Positions 1-11,809 of a stretch of DNA of 64,000 bases are shown here, in pieces. Made by a program: the position numbers and the translations under genes. The stretch comes from Desulfomicrobium sp. Its GTDB lineage: Bacteria; Desulfobacterota; Desulfovibrionia; Desulfovibrionales; Desulfomicrobiaceae. The DNA lies in contig JAXGMI010000002.1 in NCBI GenBank assembly GCA_040768745.1, forward strand, positions 608,001 through 672,000. Direction: 5' to 3'. The notes under the pieces were generated by a model. That model saw only the letters and a program-made list of their open reading frames with translations, searched no databases and was not told the DNA's origin. The stretch's first letter is position 1, and every line of letters starts with the position of its first letter.

Positions 1-273
1 GCGCATGGTCCGCACCAGATCATAGGGAGCCTCGGGCTTCAGATCACAGGCATGCAGCGCGACCTCTCCCCCCGTGTATTCGGCCTGACAGCCCAGCAAA
101 GCAAGCAGGTTCAAGGTCGTGGCGATGTCCTTCAGATCCGGAACGTTGGACAGACGGACCTGCCCATCCACCAGAATGGACGCCAGCAGGATGGGCAGGG
201 CTGCGTTCTTGGAACCGCTGATGGGGATCTGCCCGCGCAGCGCGGCACCGCCTTCAATGACAAGTTTATCCAT
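1..273 (-). CDS. murA: UDP-N-acetylglucosamine 1-carboxyvinyltransferase, 5' part; runs off the window edge
   Basis: Manual translation from ATG at 273: [32 protein letters not shown]...NVPDLKDI...[10 protein letters not shown], the typical MurA N-terminus. Absent from the ORF track because it is partial. Confidence 0.93.
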   Translation of the reverse strand, partial: MDKLVIEGGAALRGQIPISGSKNAALPILLASILVDGQVRLSNVPDLKDIATTLNLLALLGCQAEYTGGEVALHACDLKPEAPYDLVRTMR

Positions 274-312
274 GTTTTTCCTCTATGGCGGGGGATGCCA
301 TGCACCTGCCGC

Positions 313-900
313 CTATGGCTTTGTTTTGGAAAACGCTGCGCGGACCGCATCGGCCTCGCCCGCATAGACGTCAATGTCCTCCGCAGGGGAGAGCACCTCA
401 CGCCAGACCGCGGTCCGGGCTTCACTCCCCTCCAAGGCCGCCGGGGTCGGTTGGGAATCGATCATGATGGGATGCGCGCGCACGTCAAACTCGGGCACGG
501 AGTAACTGAATTCGATGGGGATATTGTTGGGATCAAAGGCGTACAGGGACAGGATGAAGCCGTGATCGATCACCTCCGAGGCCCAGAACCCGTTTTCCTC
601 CAGCAGGGCCTTCAACCGCCCCAGTTCTTCCCGGGTCTCCACCCCAAAGGAAATGTGGTCAAAGGCAAGAGGACCCCGGACCGGGGCTCCATGGTCCTTC
701 TCGGCGATGGGCTGGACATGGGGCCATTCAAAAAAGGCGATCATGTCCCGGTCCGTGATCTCGAAAAAATAATGACGGTAGCCCGGATGTCCCATCCCGA
801 CCACCAGACGCATGCCGAGCAGGTCGCGCCAGAAGCGCACTGTCTTGTCCATGTCTGCCGTGACCATGGCCAAGTGATTGATGCCGGTGAATTTCCCCAT
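313..900 (-). CDS. VOC/glyoxalase family protein
   Basis: GINHLAMVTADMDKTVRFWRDLLGM, FDHISFG and SLYAFDPNNIPIEF motifs. Start set at ATG 900 (RBS GGAG); the longer ORF start lies inside a tRNA. Confidence 0.85.
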   Translation of the reverse strand: MGKFTGINHLAMVTADMDKTVRFWRDLLGMRLVVGMGHPGYRHYFFEITDRDMIAFFEWPHVQPIAEKDHGAPVRGPLAFDHISFGVETREELGRLKALLEENGFWASEVIDHGFILSLYAFDPNNIPIEFSYSVPEFDVRAHPIMIDSQPTPAALEGSEARTAVWREVLSPAEDIDVYAGEADAVRAAFSKTKP

Positions 901-910
901 GTTTCTCCGC

Positions 911-950
911 AAAAGAAAAAAGCAGAACCAGTTCTTATCCGGTTCTGCTT
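911..950 (-). terminator. Intrinsic terminator after the second tRNA-His
   Basis: AAGCAGAACC/GGTTCTGCTT stem followed by a T-tract on the minus strand. Confidence 0.7.
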
Positions 951-960
951 GGGTGTCAAA

Positions 961-1036
961 TGGGGTGAGTGACGCGGATTGAACGCGCGACAACCTGGGC
1001 CACAACCAGGTGCTCTGCCAGCTGAGCTACACCCAC
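961..1036 (-). tRNA. tRNA-His(GTG), downstream copy
   Basis: Reverse complement GTGGGTGTAGCTCAGCTGGCAGAGCACCTGGTTGTGGCCCAGGTTGTCGCGCGTTCAATCCGCGTCACTCACCCCA; anticodon GTG, encoded CCA, G-1 at 1037. Confidence 0.96.
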
Positions 1037-1043
1037 CATGGGG

Positions 1044-1069
1044 AAAAAAAGGGACAGACGAACTGTCCC
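1044..1069 (-). terminator. Terminator-like hairpin between the two tRNA-His genes
   Basis: GGGACAG-ACGAA-CTGTCCC stem-loop with a T7 tract on the minus strand. Confidence 0.65.
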
Positions 1070-1079
1070 GGATCGGCAA

Positions 1080-1155
1080 TGGGGTGAGTGACGCGGATTG
1101 AACGCGCGACAACCTGGGCCACAACCAGGTGCTCTGCCAGCTGAGCTACACCCAC
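1080..1155 (-). tRNA. tRNA-His(GTG), upstream copy
   Basis: Identical 76-nt sequence to 961-1036; G-1 at 1156. Confidence 0.96.
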
Positions 1156-1290
1156 CACGTAACAGGGGAATCTCTCTATCCAAGGCCCTTGAGCTGGTCA
1201 AGTGAAAAATCGCCACACCCCCGCCATCTTGACAAGACTGATAGGCCATTTATTGGAACTCATACATTTTTTCGGACAAGGAGTACCCGC

Positions 1291-3180
1291 ATGGCCAACC
1301 CAGATCAATTCGAATTCAAAACCGAAATCAAGCAGCTTCTCGATATCATCACCCATTCCCTGTACACCAGCCGGGAAATTTTTCTGCGCGAGCTCGTTTC
1401 CAACGCCTCCGATGCCCTGGACAAGCTGCGCTTCGAGCAGGCCCGGTCCACCCAGATCAAGGACCCTGAGCAGGATCTGCGCATCTCCATCACCTGCGAC
1501 GAAGACAAGAACCAGCTCGTCGTTCAGGATACAGGCATCGGCATGACCCGCGACGAACTGATCGAGAACATCGGCACCATCGCCCACTCCGGCTCGGCCG
1601 AGTTCATCCGCCAGGCCATGGCCGACAAGGAGAACTCGTCCAGCATCATCGGACGCTTCGGGGTGGGCTTCTATTCGGTCTTCATGGTCGCGGACAAGGT
1701 CTCCATCCGCACCCGCTCCTTCCGGCCCGAAGCCAAGGCCGTGGAGTGGATTTCTGACGGGCAGGGGACATACAGCCTCGCCGAGATCGAGGACGACCTG
1801 CCCCGGGGCACGACCATCAGCGTCAGCCTCAAGGAAGACGGCAAGGAATTCGCCGCAAAGCACCGCATCACGGCCATCATCAAGAAACACTCCAATTTCA
1901 TTTCCTTCCCCATCCTGGTCCAGGACGAGAAGGTCAACACGGTGCAGGCCCTGTGGCGGGAAAACAAATTCTCCGTCACCCCGGAGCAGTACGCGGAATT
2001 CTACAGATTCCTGACCTATGATCACGAGGAACCGCTGGACATCCTGCACATGAGCGTGGACGCCCCGGTGCAGTTCTCGGCGCTGGCCTTCGTCCCCGCG
2101 CGCAGTCAGGACACCTTCGGCTTTGACCGCGACAACTACGGACTGGACCTCTACGTGCGCCGGGTGCTGATCCAGAGCAAAAACAAGGACCTCATCCCCG
2201 AATATCTCGGCTTTGTGCGCGGCGTGGTGGACACCGAAGACCTGCCCTTGAACATCTCCCGGGAGACACTGCAGGAGAACATCCTCATCCGCAAAATCTC
2301 CTCCACCCTGACCAAGCAGGTACTGGCGCACCTGAAGAAGCTGAGCCAGGACAAGGACCGTTACGCCAAATTCTGGAAGGAGCACGCCAAGCGCTTCAAG
2401 CTCGGCTACACGGACTTCGCCAACCAGGAAGCCTTTGGCGAGCTGCTGCGCTTCAATTCCTCCCGCCACCCAACCAGGGAGGAGCTCCTGTCCTTGGACG
2501 AGTACATCGAGGCCGCCAAGGCCGGGCAAAAGGAAATCTACTATATTTCCGGCCCCAGCCGCGAGGCCATCGAACAGAATCCGCATCTGGAAATCTTCCG
2601 GGCCAAGGGTCTGGAAGTGCTGTACCTCTACGAGCCCGTGGACGAGTTCGTCATGGAGAGCCTGCGCACCTTCAAGGATTTCAACCTGAAGGCTACGGAA
2701 AACGCGGATATCGGCAGCCTTGAGAAGTTTTCGGACGTCGAGGGCAAGGACAAACCCGAGGGATTGACCACAGAGGAAAGCAAGGACATGGACCGCTTCG
2801 TGAAGCGCGTGCAGGAAATCCTGGGAGACCGCATCACCGAAGCCCGCATCTCCAAACGCCTGAGCCAGAGTCCATCCTGCCTGGTCAGTCCGGATGGATC
2901 CACTTCACAGATGCACAAGATCATGCAGCTGGTGACCAAGGATGCGTCCATCCCCAAAAAAATCTTCGAGATCAACCAGAACCACAAACTGATCCGCAAC
3001 CTTTTGGCCGTTTTTGCCGCCAATGAGCAGGACGACTTCGTGGTCACCGTGGTTGAGCAGCTCTACGAATCCGCCCTGCTCATGGACGGCTACCTGGCCG
3101 ATCCGCACAAGATGGTGAACCGCCTGAACCGCCTGATGGAGGATTCCAGCGTCTGGTACAGAGAACGGGGGGTCAGGTAG
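1291..3180 (+). CDS. htpG: Molecular chaperone HtpG (Hsp90)
   Basis: [38 protein letters not shown] and LPLNISRE motifs; AAGGAG RBS before ATG 1291. Confidence 0.97.
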
Positions 3181-3392
3181 ATCCACCGCAGGCGTGGGCA
3201 ACGGGACTGACAACGGTCCAGGCAATTCCCTGACTGTTCGACAGGCTCGCCAGCTCAGGACAATGGGTCGGCCATGTCACGGCGCCATGACGCCACTGGC
3301 CAGGGGCGCAAGCAGGCAATCCACGGGCAGACGACGCTGATCACACATCCTTTGGAAACGGGAGGCCGGGACAACTCGGCCTTTCTCCATTC

Positions 3393-5168
3393 CTAATCTC
3401 CACTCTGCACCCGCCACAAGCCCGCGTAAACCCCGTCCAAAGCAACCAGTTCCTCGTGGGTGCCGCGCTCCACGATGACCCCGTCCACAATGACCACGAT
3501 CTCGTCGCAGTGCCGTACCGTGGACAACCGATGGGCAATGGCCAGGGTGATGCGGTTTTGGCGCAGGGAGCGGAGGTTGTTCTGGATGACCTCTTCGGTG
3601 CGCGTGTCCACACTGGCCGTGGCCTCGTCCAGGATCAGGAATTCTGGATCGCGCAGGATGGCCCTGGCCAGGGAGATGCGCTGGCGCTGGCCTCCCGAGA
3701 GTTTCATGCCCCGGTCCCCCACCATGGTGGCGTAACCCTGGGGCAGCTTGGCGATGAACTCATCCGCCCCGGCCATGCGCGCCGCCTCTTCCACGGCCTC
3801 GTCAGGGGCGCCGGGTGAACCCAGCCGGATGTTCTCGGCCACTGTGCCGTGAAAGAGGTAGGCCTCCTGAGAGACATAGCCGATGCGCCCGCGCCAGGAA
3901 TCAAGGGAAATGGACGACAACGGGAGATTGTTGACCAGAATTTCCCCGGCGGCCGGATCGTAATAGCGCAACATGAGCTTGGCCAGTGAACTCTTGCCCG
4001 CGCCAGTGGGGCCGACAACGCCCAGCATCCGGCCACACTCCAGATGCAGGTTGATGCCGCAGAGCACCCGCTTCCGTTCAGGGTAGGCAAAGCTCAGATC
4101 GCGGACATGGACATGCTCGAGATGCCCATCCAGGGCCATGGCTTGAGCCTGGTCGAAGACCGTGGGAGTGGTGTCGAAAATCTCGTTGATCCGCAGGGCC
4201 GAGGCTTCGGACTGCTGAATCTGGTTGATGAGCATGCCGAAGATCAGCAGCGGAAAGATAAGGCGCATGGCCATGAGCACAAAGGTGGTGTACTCGCCGA
4301 CACTGGGACCGACCCCGGCAACGGTCATCCACCCCCCGATCCCGATCAGCAGGGCGTAGCCGAAGCCCGCCACTCCATAGAGCAAGGGAATGAAATGGGC
4401 CCGCTCCCGGGCAGCTCGCACAGCGGCGTCACGATATTCCTCCGAGCGGAGGCGGATACGGCCGGTCTGGTGTTCCTGGGCGGAATAGGCCTGGATGACG
4501 TGCATGCCCTGCAGATTGTTCTCCAGAATGGCGTTGATCTCCCCCACAGCCCGCCGGGCTTGGCGATATTGCGGCGCGACGCGGGTGGCGAAGAAGCGCA
4601 CTGCCCAAATGGCGATGGGCATGGGGGCGAGAAGGAGCAAGGCCAGGTGATAGTCCATCCACAAAAGGATGCCGTACACGCCAACAAACGTGATGACGAG
4701 GCGGACGATACTCGTGGAGGTGTCGGAAAAAAAGCGTTCCAGGTTGTCCACATCCCCGGCCAGCACGGCCATGATGTCCCCGGTCTGGCGGGATTCGAAG
4801 TAGGACACATCCAGCTTTTGGGCGTGGATGTACAGCGCCACGCGCAGATCATGCCGGATTCTCTGGGCTGCCGCATCCAGGGTGTAGTCGCTCACGCTCT
4901 GAAACACGGCCAAACCGGCAAATGTGCCGAGGACCAGCAATCCGGCCCAGACGAAATCACCAGGCAGGAGGGCCTGTCCCTCCCGCAGGGACAAGGACAC
5001 CTTGTCCACGACCCGGCCGACCACGATCATGGGCAACAGTTCGAAGAACCGGGCTCCGGCATTGGCCAGCAGGCCCGCCACAATCCGTCGGGCATAGGGT
5101 CTGGCAAAGCGGACCAGACGCCACAGGGATCGACCCATTGGGGATATCTCCCCGAAATCTTTTATCAT
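3393..5168 (-). CDS. ABC transporter ATP-binding/permease fusion (exporter type)
   Basis: N-terminal TM domain; GPTGAGKS, LSGGQRQR and LILDEAT motifs. Confidence 0.93.
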   Translation of the reverse strand: MIKDFGEISPMGRSLWRLVRFARPYARRIVAGLLANAGARFFELLPMIVVGRVVDKVSLSLREGQALLPGDFVWAGLLVLGTFAGLAVFQSVSDYTLDAAAQRIRHDLRVALYIHAQKLDVSYFESRQTGDIMAVLAGDVDNLERFFSDTSTSIVRLVITFVGVYGILLWMDYHLALLLLAPMPIAIWAVRFFATRVAPQYRQARRAVGEINAILENNLQGMHVIQAYSAQEHQTGRIRLRSEEYRDAAVRAARERAHFIPLLYGVAGFGYALLIGIGGWMTVAGVGPSVGEYTTFVLMAMRLIFPLLIFGMLINQIQQSEASALRINEIFDTTPTVFDQAQAMALDGHLEHVHVRDLSFAYPERKRVLCGINLHLECGRMLGVVGPTGAGKSSLAKLMLRYYDPAAGEILVNNLPLSSISLDSWRGRIGYVSQEAYLFHGTVAENIRLGSPGAPDEAVEEAARMAGADEFIAKLPQGYATMVGDRGMKLSGGQRQRISLARAILRDPEFLILDEATASVDTRTEEVIQNNLRSLRQNRITLAIAHRLSTVRHCDEIVVIVDGVIVERGTHEELVALDGVYAGLWRVQSGD

Positions 5169-5326
5169 TTGCCCCCTTGAATCAAACCATCACCATGACG
5201 TATGGCGGAATGCACATAGTCAGGCGCAATGATGCTGTCTTCCCGGTACAACGATGTCGGTCTGAACGCACTGAACAAAAAGGCAGCTCCAAGCTGCCTT
5301 GAAATGCCGCGACCAAAGGATCTTGC

Positions 5327-5767
5327 TCAGAAAACGCCGGGGATAAGACGATTGACCCGCTCTCGGTAGGCCACGTATGCTTCGCCAAATCGGTCTTCCA
5401 GTTCCAGTTCCTCGGCACTGATATGCTTGAAGAAGAGGACCAGGGAATAGATGATGCCCAGAATGCCGATATTGGTATTCAGCAACAGGCACAGACCCGG
5501 CATGACCCCCAGGAGATGGGCGGCGGTTGCGGGGTTGCGGCTGAAAGAGAACAGACCGGATTCCACCAGCATGTAACCTTGCCCCTTGTTCAGTTCCCGC
5601 CTGGAGAACACAAGGCAGACCAGCCCGGCGCACAGCCAGACCGCCCCGAAGAGCCCCCCCAGCTTGAACCAGTTGGTGTGCAGAACGAGGTTTTCGAAAA
5701 CACTGCCGGCCACAATGATCCCATAGCCCGGGGCGAGTATTTTGGTCTCAAGACTTTTCGCGTTCAT
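5327..5767 (-). CDS. Isoprenylcysteine carboxyl methyltransferase / PEMT-like membrane protein
   Basis: LVESGLFSFSRNP and EELELEDRFGEAYVAYRERVNRLIP, typical ICMT/PEMT C-terminal motifs. Confidence 0.75.
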   Translation of the reverse strand: MNAKSLETKILAPGYGIIVAGSVFENLVLHTNWFKLGGLFGAVWLCAGLVCLVFSRRELNKGQGYMLVESGLFSFSRNPATAAHLLGVMPGLCLLLNTNIGILGIIYSLVLFFKHISAEELELEDRFGEAYVAYRERVNRLIPGVF

Positions 5768-5892
5768 GGATGTCTCCTCGTCGCTGAAAAAGATTGCGCA
5801 TTGTCATTATCAACAATAACTCTTTTTAATATTTTAATTCCACTTTGAAAAGAACCCCGTCCCGGTGGATCCGAACCGTTTCCCACGCAGGA

Positions 5893-7575
<1,683 letters not shown>

Positions 7576-7653
7576 GAAAAATCCTCATATCGTATGCATG
7601 GTGTTGTTTGATTCAGCCAAGTCAACGGAAATGTCCCTGGAAAAAATTCCGGT

Positions 7654-8325
7654 TCAATGTCCGAAGCCTGGAATCTCAAGTTTTTTCTCAAGTTTGTGCA
7701 GCAGGAAAGAAGCCACGGTGACCAGGGCCAGGTAGTACACGCCCACGACCATGAATACCTCGCTGAAGCGAAAGCTCTCGCTGGCCACGATCTTGGCCTG
7801 GCCCGTCAGCTCGAAGCAGGTCACCACGTAGGCCAGGGACGAGTACTTGATCAGATAGACGATCTCGTTGCCGCAGCCGGGCAGGGCGCGACGGAAGGCC
7901 TGCGGGATGATGATCCAGACCAGGGTCGTGAAGGTCGAGAAGCCCAGGGCCTGGGCCGCCAGGACCTGGCCGCGCCGGATGGAGAGCAACCCCCCGCGGA
8001 TGTACTCGGAGTGGTAGGCCGCGCTGCAAAGGGTAAACCCGAGTACAGCCGCGGTGTAGGGCTTGAAGTAGATGCCGATGCCCGGCAGCCCGAAATAGAG
8101 GATGAAGAGCTGGATGACCAGGGGCGTGCCCCGGAAGAGGGCTGCGTAGCCTTTGGCCAGAGGGGAAAGGAACCGCCCGCCGTAGGCCCGCAGACTCCCG
8201 ACCACCACGCCCAGGGCCAGACCCAGCACGGCCGAGGGGACAATGAGGCGGACGCTCATCAGCACGCCCTCGTTCAGGGCCGGGATGAGCTTCTGCAGCA
8301 AAAAGGACAGTTCCTCGCTGATCAC
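7654..8325 (-). CDS. Polar amino acid ABC transporter permease
   Basis: FRGTPLVIQLF and SEYIRGGLLSI...AQALG (EAA loop); GTG start at 8325 overlaps the stop of the ATPase gene. Confidence 0.9.
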   Translation of the reverse strand: MISEELSFLLQKLIPALNEGVLMSVRLIVPSAVLGLALGVVVGSLRAYGGRFLSPLAKGYAALFRGTPLVIQLFILYFGLPGIGIYFKPYTAAVLGFTLCSAAYHSEYIRGGLLSIRRGQVLAAQALGFSTFTTLVWIIIPQAFRRALPGCGNEIVYLIKYSSLAYVVTCFELTGQAKIVASESFRFSEVFMVVGVYYLALVTVASFLLHKLEKKLEIPGFGH

Positions 8326-9092
8326 GGCGTGCAGACCTCGACGTCGATGATCTGGGAGCAGAAATCGAGGGTGCGCGTGCCCGAGCCCTCGGCCAGCAGA
8401 TCCCTGGGGCTGCCCTGTTCGATGATGCGCCCCTCCTGCATGAACAGGACCTCGTCGGCCAGGGCGCGGGTGAAGCCCATCTGGTGGGTGGCCATGACCA
8501 TGGTCATGCCGTTCTGGGCCAGGCTGCGGATGACGACCAAAACCTCGCTGACCAGTTCGGGATCCAGGGCCGAGGTGGGCTCGTCCAGGAGCATGACCTT
8601 GGGATCCATGGCCAGGGCGCGGGCGATGGACACGCGCTGCTTCTGGCCACCCGACAGCTCCGCCGGATAGAGACGGGCCTTGTCGGAGAGCCCCACTCGC
8701 GCGAGCTCGGCCATGGCCCGGTCCCTGGCCTCGGCCTTGCCCATGCCGCGCACCTTGCGCAGGGCGATGCTGACGTTGTCCACGGCGGTCAGATGGTCGA
8801 ACAGGTTGAAATCCTGAAAGATCATGCCCACCTGCTGACGGAAGCCGCAGAGCTCGCGGGCGTTGTGCGGGTCCACGTGGCGCCCTTCCAGTTCGATCTC
8901 GCCACGGTCGGGCAGGATGAGGTAGTTCATGCACTGCAGGAGGGTGCTCTTGCCGCCGCCTGAGGGACCGATGAGCACCTTCATCTCGCCCTGGTACAGG
9001 TCGAGGCTCACAGACTTCAGGATCTCGCGGCCGCCAAGCCTGACGGAAATGTCCTGCACCCGCATCAGCGGGGTCTTTTGGTTGGTTTTCAT
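8322..9092 (-). CDS. Polar amino acid ABC transporter ATP-binding protein (GlnQ-like)
   Basis: GPSGGGKS, LSGGQKQRV and LLDEPTSALDPELV. Confidence 0.93.
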   Translation of the reverse strand: MKTNQKTPLMRVQDISVRLGGREILKSVSLDLYQGEMKVLIGPSGGGKSTLLQCMNYLILPDRGEIELEGRHVDPHNARELCGFRQQVGMIFQDFNLFDHLTAVDNVSIALRKVRGMGKAEARDRAMAELARVGLSDKARLYPAELSGGQKQRVSIARALAMDPKVMLLDEPTSALDPELVSEVLVVIRSLAQNGMTMVMATHQMGFTRALADEVLFMQEGRIIEQGSPRDLLAEGSGTRTLDFCSQIIDVEVCTP

Positions 9093-9095
9093 GGT

Positions 9096-9764
9096 CTAGT
9101 GCACATACCCTTTTATTCTGACACGTTTCTCCAATACCCGCAGGGCCGCCACTCCGGCCCAGGTCAGGAGGAAATAGAGCACCGCCGCGCTGACGTAGAG
9201 GGGCAGGTGCTGGTAGGTTCGGGAGGCCACGAAGTGTGTCCGGGCCATGATCTCGCTGGCCCCGAGCACGAAGGCCAGGGCCGAATCCTTGAGGATGATG
9301 GAATACTCGTTGGACCAGCCGGGGATGGACAGGCGCAGGGCCTGGGGCAGGATGATGACCCGGATGGCCATGGAGTCGGACATGCCCAGGGCGCGGGCGG
9401 CCTTGAGCTGCCCCTTGGACAGGGACAGGATGGACCCGCGGAAAATCTGGGACTGGTAGGCCCCGCTGGTCATGCCCAGCACGATGGTCGCCGCGGCCAC
9501 GGCCCCCAGGTTCAGGCCGATGAGATTGAACAGGCCGAAATAGAAGAGAAAAAGGAGCACGAGGATGGGCACGCCGCGAAAAAACCAGACATAGGTGTCG
9601 CAGATGAAGCGCACCGCTCTGCCGCCGTAGACCTGACCCACGGCCAGGGGCACGCCGATGAAAAGCCCCAGGAACATGGCGCCGAGCACCGCGGTGACGG
9701 TGACGGCGGCGCCCTCTATCACGAAAGGCAGGGCGTCGAGGAGGACGGTCAGGGTTTCGTTCAT
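9096..9764 (-). CDS. Polar amino acid ABC transporter permease
   Basis: FRGVPILVLLF, AARALGMS and ILPQALR. Confidence 0.9.
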   Translation of the reverse strand: MNETLTVLLDALPFVIEGAAVTVTAVLGAMFLGLFIGVPLAVGQVYGGRAVRFICDTYVWFFRGVPILVLLFLFYFGLFNLIGLNLGAVAAATIVLGMTSGAYQSQIFRGSILSLSKGQLKAARALGMSDSMAIRVIILPQALRLSIPGWSNEYSIILKDSALAFVLGASEIMARTHFVASRTYQHLPLYVSAAVLYFLLTWAGVAALRVLEKRVRIKGYVH

Positions 9765-9798
9765 GTCCGGGGTGGGTCCTGCAGGGCCGGGCAGCGGC

Positions 9799-9836
9799 AA
9801 AAAAACGGGAAGGCCGGGACATCGCCGGGCCTTCCC
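9799..9836 (-). terminator. Intra-operon hairpin after the substrate-binding protein gene
   Basis: GGGAAGGCC...GGCCTTCCC stem followed by GTTTTTTT on the minus strand. Confidence 0.65.
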
Positions 9837-9858
9837 ATGGATTCATGCGGTGCCGGGC

Positions 9859-10602
9859 CTACTTGTTGAGGTGCTTGGCGATGAGCTGTTCCCAGTAGGG
9901 ATCGGCCCTGAGCATCTCGAAGCCCTTGTTCAGTTTGTCGAGCAGGTCCTTGTCTTCCTTGCGCACGGCGGCGCCGAATTCCTCGACCTCGCCGAAGGTG
10001 CCAATGATCTTAACGGGCTTCTTCTTTTCGGCGTCGCGGGCCGGTGGGTAGTTCATGCCGGCGACTTCGATGCGGCCGTTGACCAGGTCCTCAATGGCCA
10101 TGGGGGCTGAGTCGTAATACTTGATGGTGAACTTCCAGCCCTGCTTTTCCTTTTCCTCGGCCATCCACTTGGCCTCGGAGGTGCCGGCCTGCATGCCCAC
10201 GGTCACGTTCTTGCCATAGATCTCCTCGGCCTTGAGGGCGGAATCCTTCTTGGTCACGAAGACGTTCTTCACTTCCCAGTAGGGCGCGGTGAAGTTGACT
10301 TTCTCGGCGCGCTCCTTGGTGATGGTCATGCCGGAGCAGATGAAGTCGATCTTCTTGGCCAGCAGGTTGGGGATGATGCCGTCCCAGTCCACGGGCATGT
10401 GTTTGACCTTGAAGCCCATCTTGGCTGCGATCCAGTCCACGGCGTCCACGTCGAATCCGCTGGGCTTGCCGCTCTGGTCCACATAGGCGAACGGGGGATA
10501 GTTGGCGTCTATGCCGTTGATCAGAACTTTTTCCGCAGCCAGGACATTGCCGGCAACCATGCACACCAGACAGGCGATCAAAAAGGCAACGCGTTTCAAC
10601 AT
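9859..10602 (-). CDS. Amino acid ABC transporter substrate-binding protein (family 3)
   Basis: Signal peptide; YPPF, GFDVD and SGMTITKERAEKVNFT. Confidence 0.93.
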   Translation of the reverse strand: MLKRVAFLIACLVCMVAGNVLAAEKVLINGIDANYPPFAYVDQSGKPSGFDVDAVDWIAAKMGFKVKHMPVDWDGIIPNLLAKKIDFICSGMTITKERAEKVNFTAPYWEVKNVFVTKKDSALKAEEIYGKNVTVGMQAGTSEAKWMAEEKEKQGWKFTIKYYDSAPMAIEDLVNGRIEVAGMNYPPARDAEKKKPVKIIGTFGEVEEFGAAVRKEDKDLLDKLNKGFEMLRADPYWEQLIAKHLNK

Positions 10603-10808
10603 GCTTCCATCCTTTTGAAAACGTTTGACAAAACAGGGCCACTCCAGAACAAGAACATCATCAGTGGGCGGGCCGAGTTACCGGCCGGCTGACAGGAGGC
10701 TTTTGGCCGATGCCGCCCAGGCATCCGACACAGCCTGCGCTGCAACCAGCACAGCTGGTATCTTTATTTCCCGAAAATCGCAATGTTCCCGAACCAAGCC
10801 GAATTGTG

Positions 10809-11705
10809 ATGGAAAATCAAAAAAAAGCATATTGCTATGCGCTGACAGCGGTTTGTCTTTGGTCCACGGTGGCCACGGCCTTCAAGCTCTCCCTGCGCCA
10901 TCTGGGCCCGGAACCCCTGGTTTTCTATGCCAGCCTGACCTCGGCGGTGGTTCTGGGCGGATTCCTCTTGGCCCGAGGCCGGGCGGGCGAACTCAAGGCC
11001 CTGTCCTGGACTGATGCGTACCCCTCCCTTCTGCTCGGCGCATTGAATCCCTGCCTCTATTATCTCATTCTGATCCGGGCCTACGATCTGTTGCGGGCCC
11101 AGGAAGCCCAGGCCATCAACTACACCTGGGCCATCACCATGAGCGTTCTGGCCATACCGATTCTCAAGCAGCGCATCCACGGACTGCAGTTCGCGGCCAT
11201 CGGCCTGAGCTATTGCGGTGCGCTCATCATCTCCACCCATGGCGATCTGCTTGGATTCCATATGGAAAGCCCACGTGGCTTTGCACTGGCCATGGGCAGT
11301 ACGGTCGTGTGGGCCCTGTTCTGGATTTTTGGAATCAGGGACAACCTGGATCCGACATTGCGCCTGTTCATGAACTTCTGCTGCGGCGTGGTCTACACCG
11401 GAATCTGGGCACTCTTGCGGGGGATTCCCTTGACCCCAAATGAGCCGGGCCTGCTGGGCGCGATCTATATCGGCATTTTCGAGATGGGGGTGACCTTCGT
11501 GCTGTGGATGAAGGCCCTGAAGCTTTCCCGCACCGCCGCCCAGGTCAGCAACCTCATCTATCTGGCCCCCTTTCTGTCCCTTCTCATCATCCATTTTTTG
11601 GTCGGGGAGGCCATTCTCCCCTCCACCCTCGCCGGGCTGGCGTTCATCCTGGGCGGTACTGCCACCCAGAAGCTGGCGGACAGGAAGAACCAAAACAGAA
11701 CCTGA
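10809..11705 (+). CDS. DMT/EamA family transporter
   Basis: About ten hydrophobic segments in two EamA-like repeats; AQAINYTW, NLIYLAPF. Confidence 0.88.
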   Translation: MENQKKAYCYALTAVCLWSTVATAFKLSLRHLGPEPLVFYASLTSAVVLGGFLLARGRAGELKALSWTDAYPSLLLGALNPCLYYLILIRAYDLLRAQEAQAINYTWAITMSVLAIPILKQRIHGLQFAAIGLSYCGALIISTHGDLLGFHMESPRGFALAMGSTVVWALFWIFGIRDNLDPTLRLFMNFCCGVVYTGIWALLRGIPLTPNEPGLLGAIYIGIFEMGVTFVLWMKALKLSRTAAQVSNLIYLAPFLSLLIIHFLVGEAILPSTLAGLAFILGGTATQKLADRKNQNRT

Positions 11706-11809
11706 ACGAAGAAAGCAGCAATCATGCGCCGAAAAAACCTGCTTTCACATCTGCGGGAATCTCTGTTAAAGATGAAGAACATCTTCAATGCATTGCCGGG
11801 AGCCCGAGC

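Noticed and set aside
741..1249. ORFs with repeated peptide segments such as MWPRLSRVQSASLTP
   Set aside because: These are translations of the duplicated tRNA-His genes.
1198..2586. Long antisense ORFs over htpG (and similarly ettA, glgP, gpmI and 61036-63159)
   Set aside because: Antisense shadows of conserved genes without recognisable motifs.
7654..9846. 730-aa ORF suggesting a fused permease
   Set aside because: Only the last 223 aa are permease; the rest is an alternative frame over two real genes.
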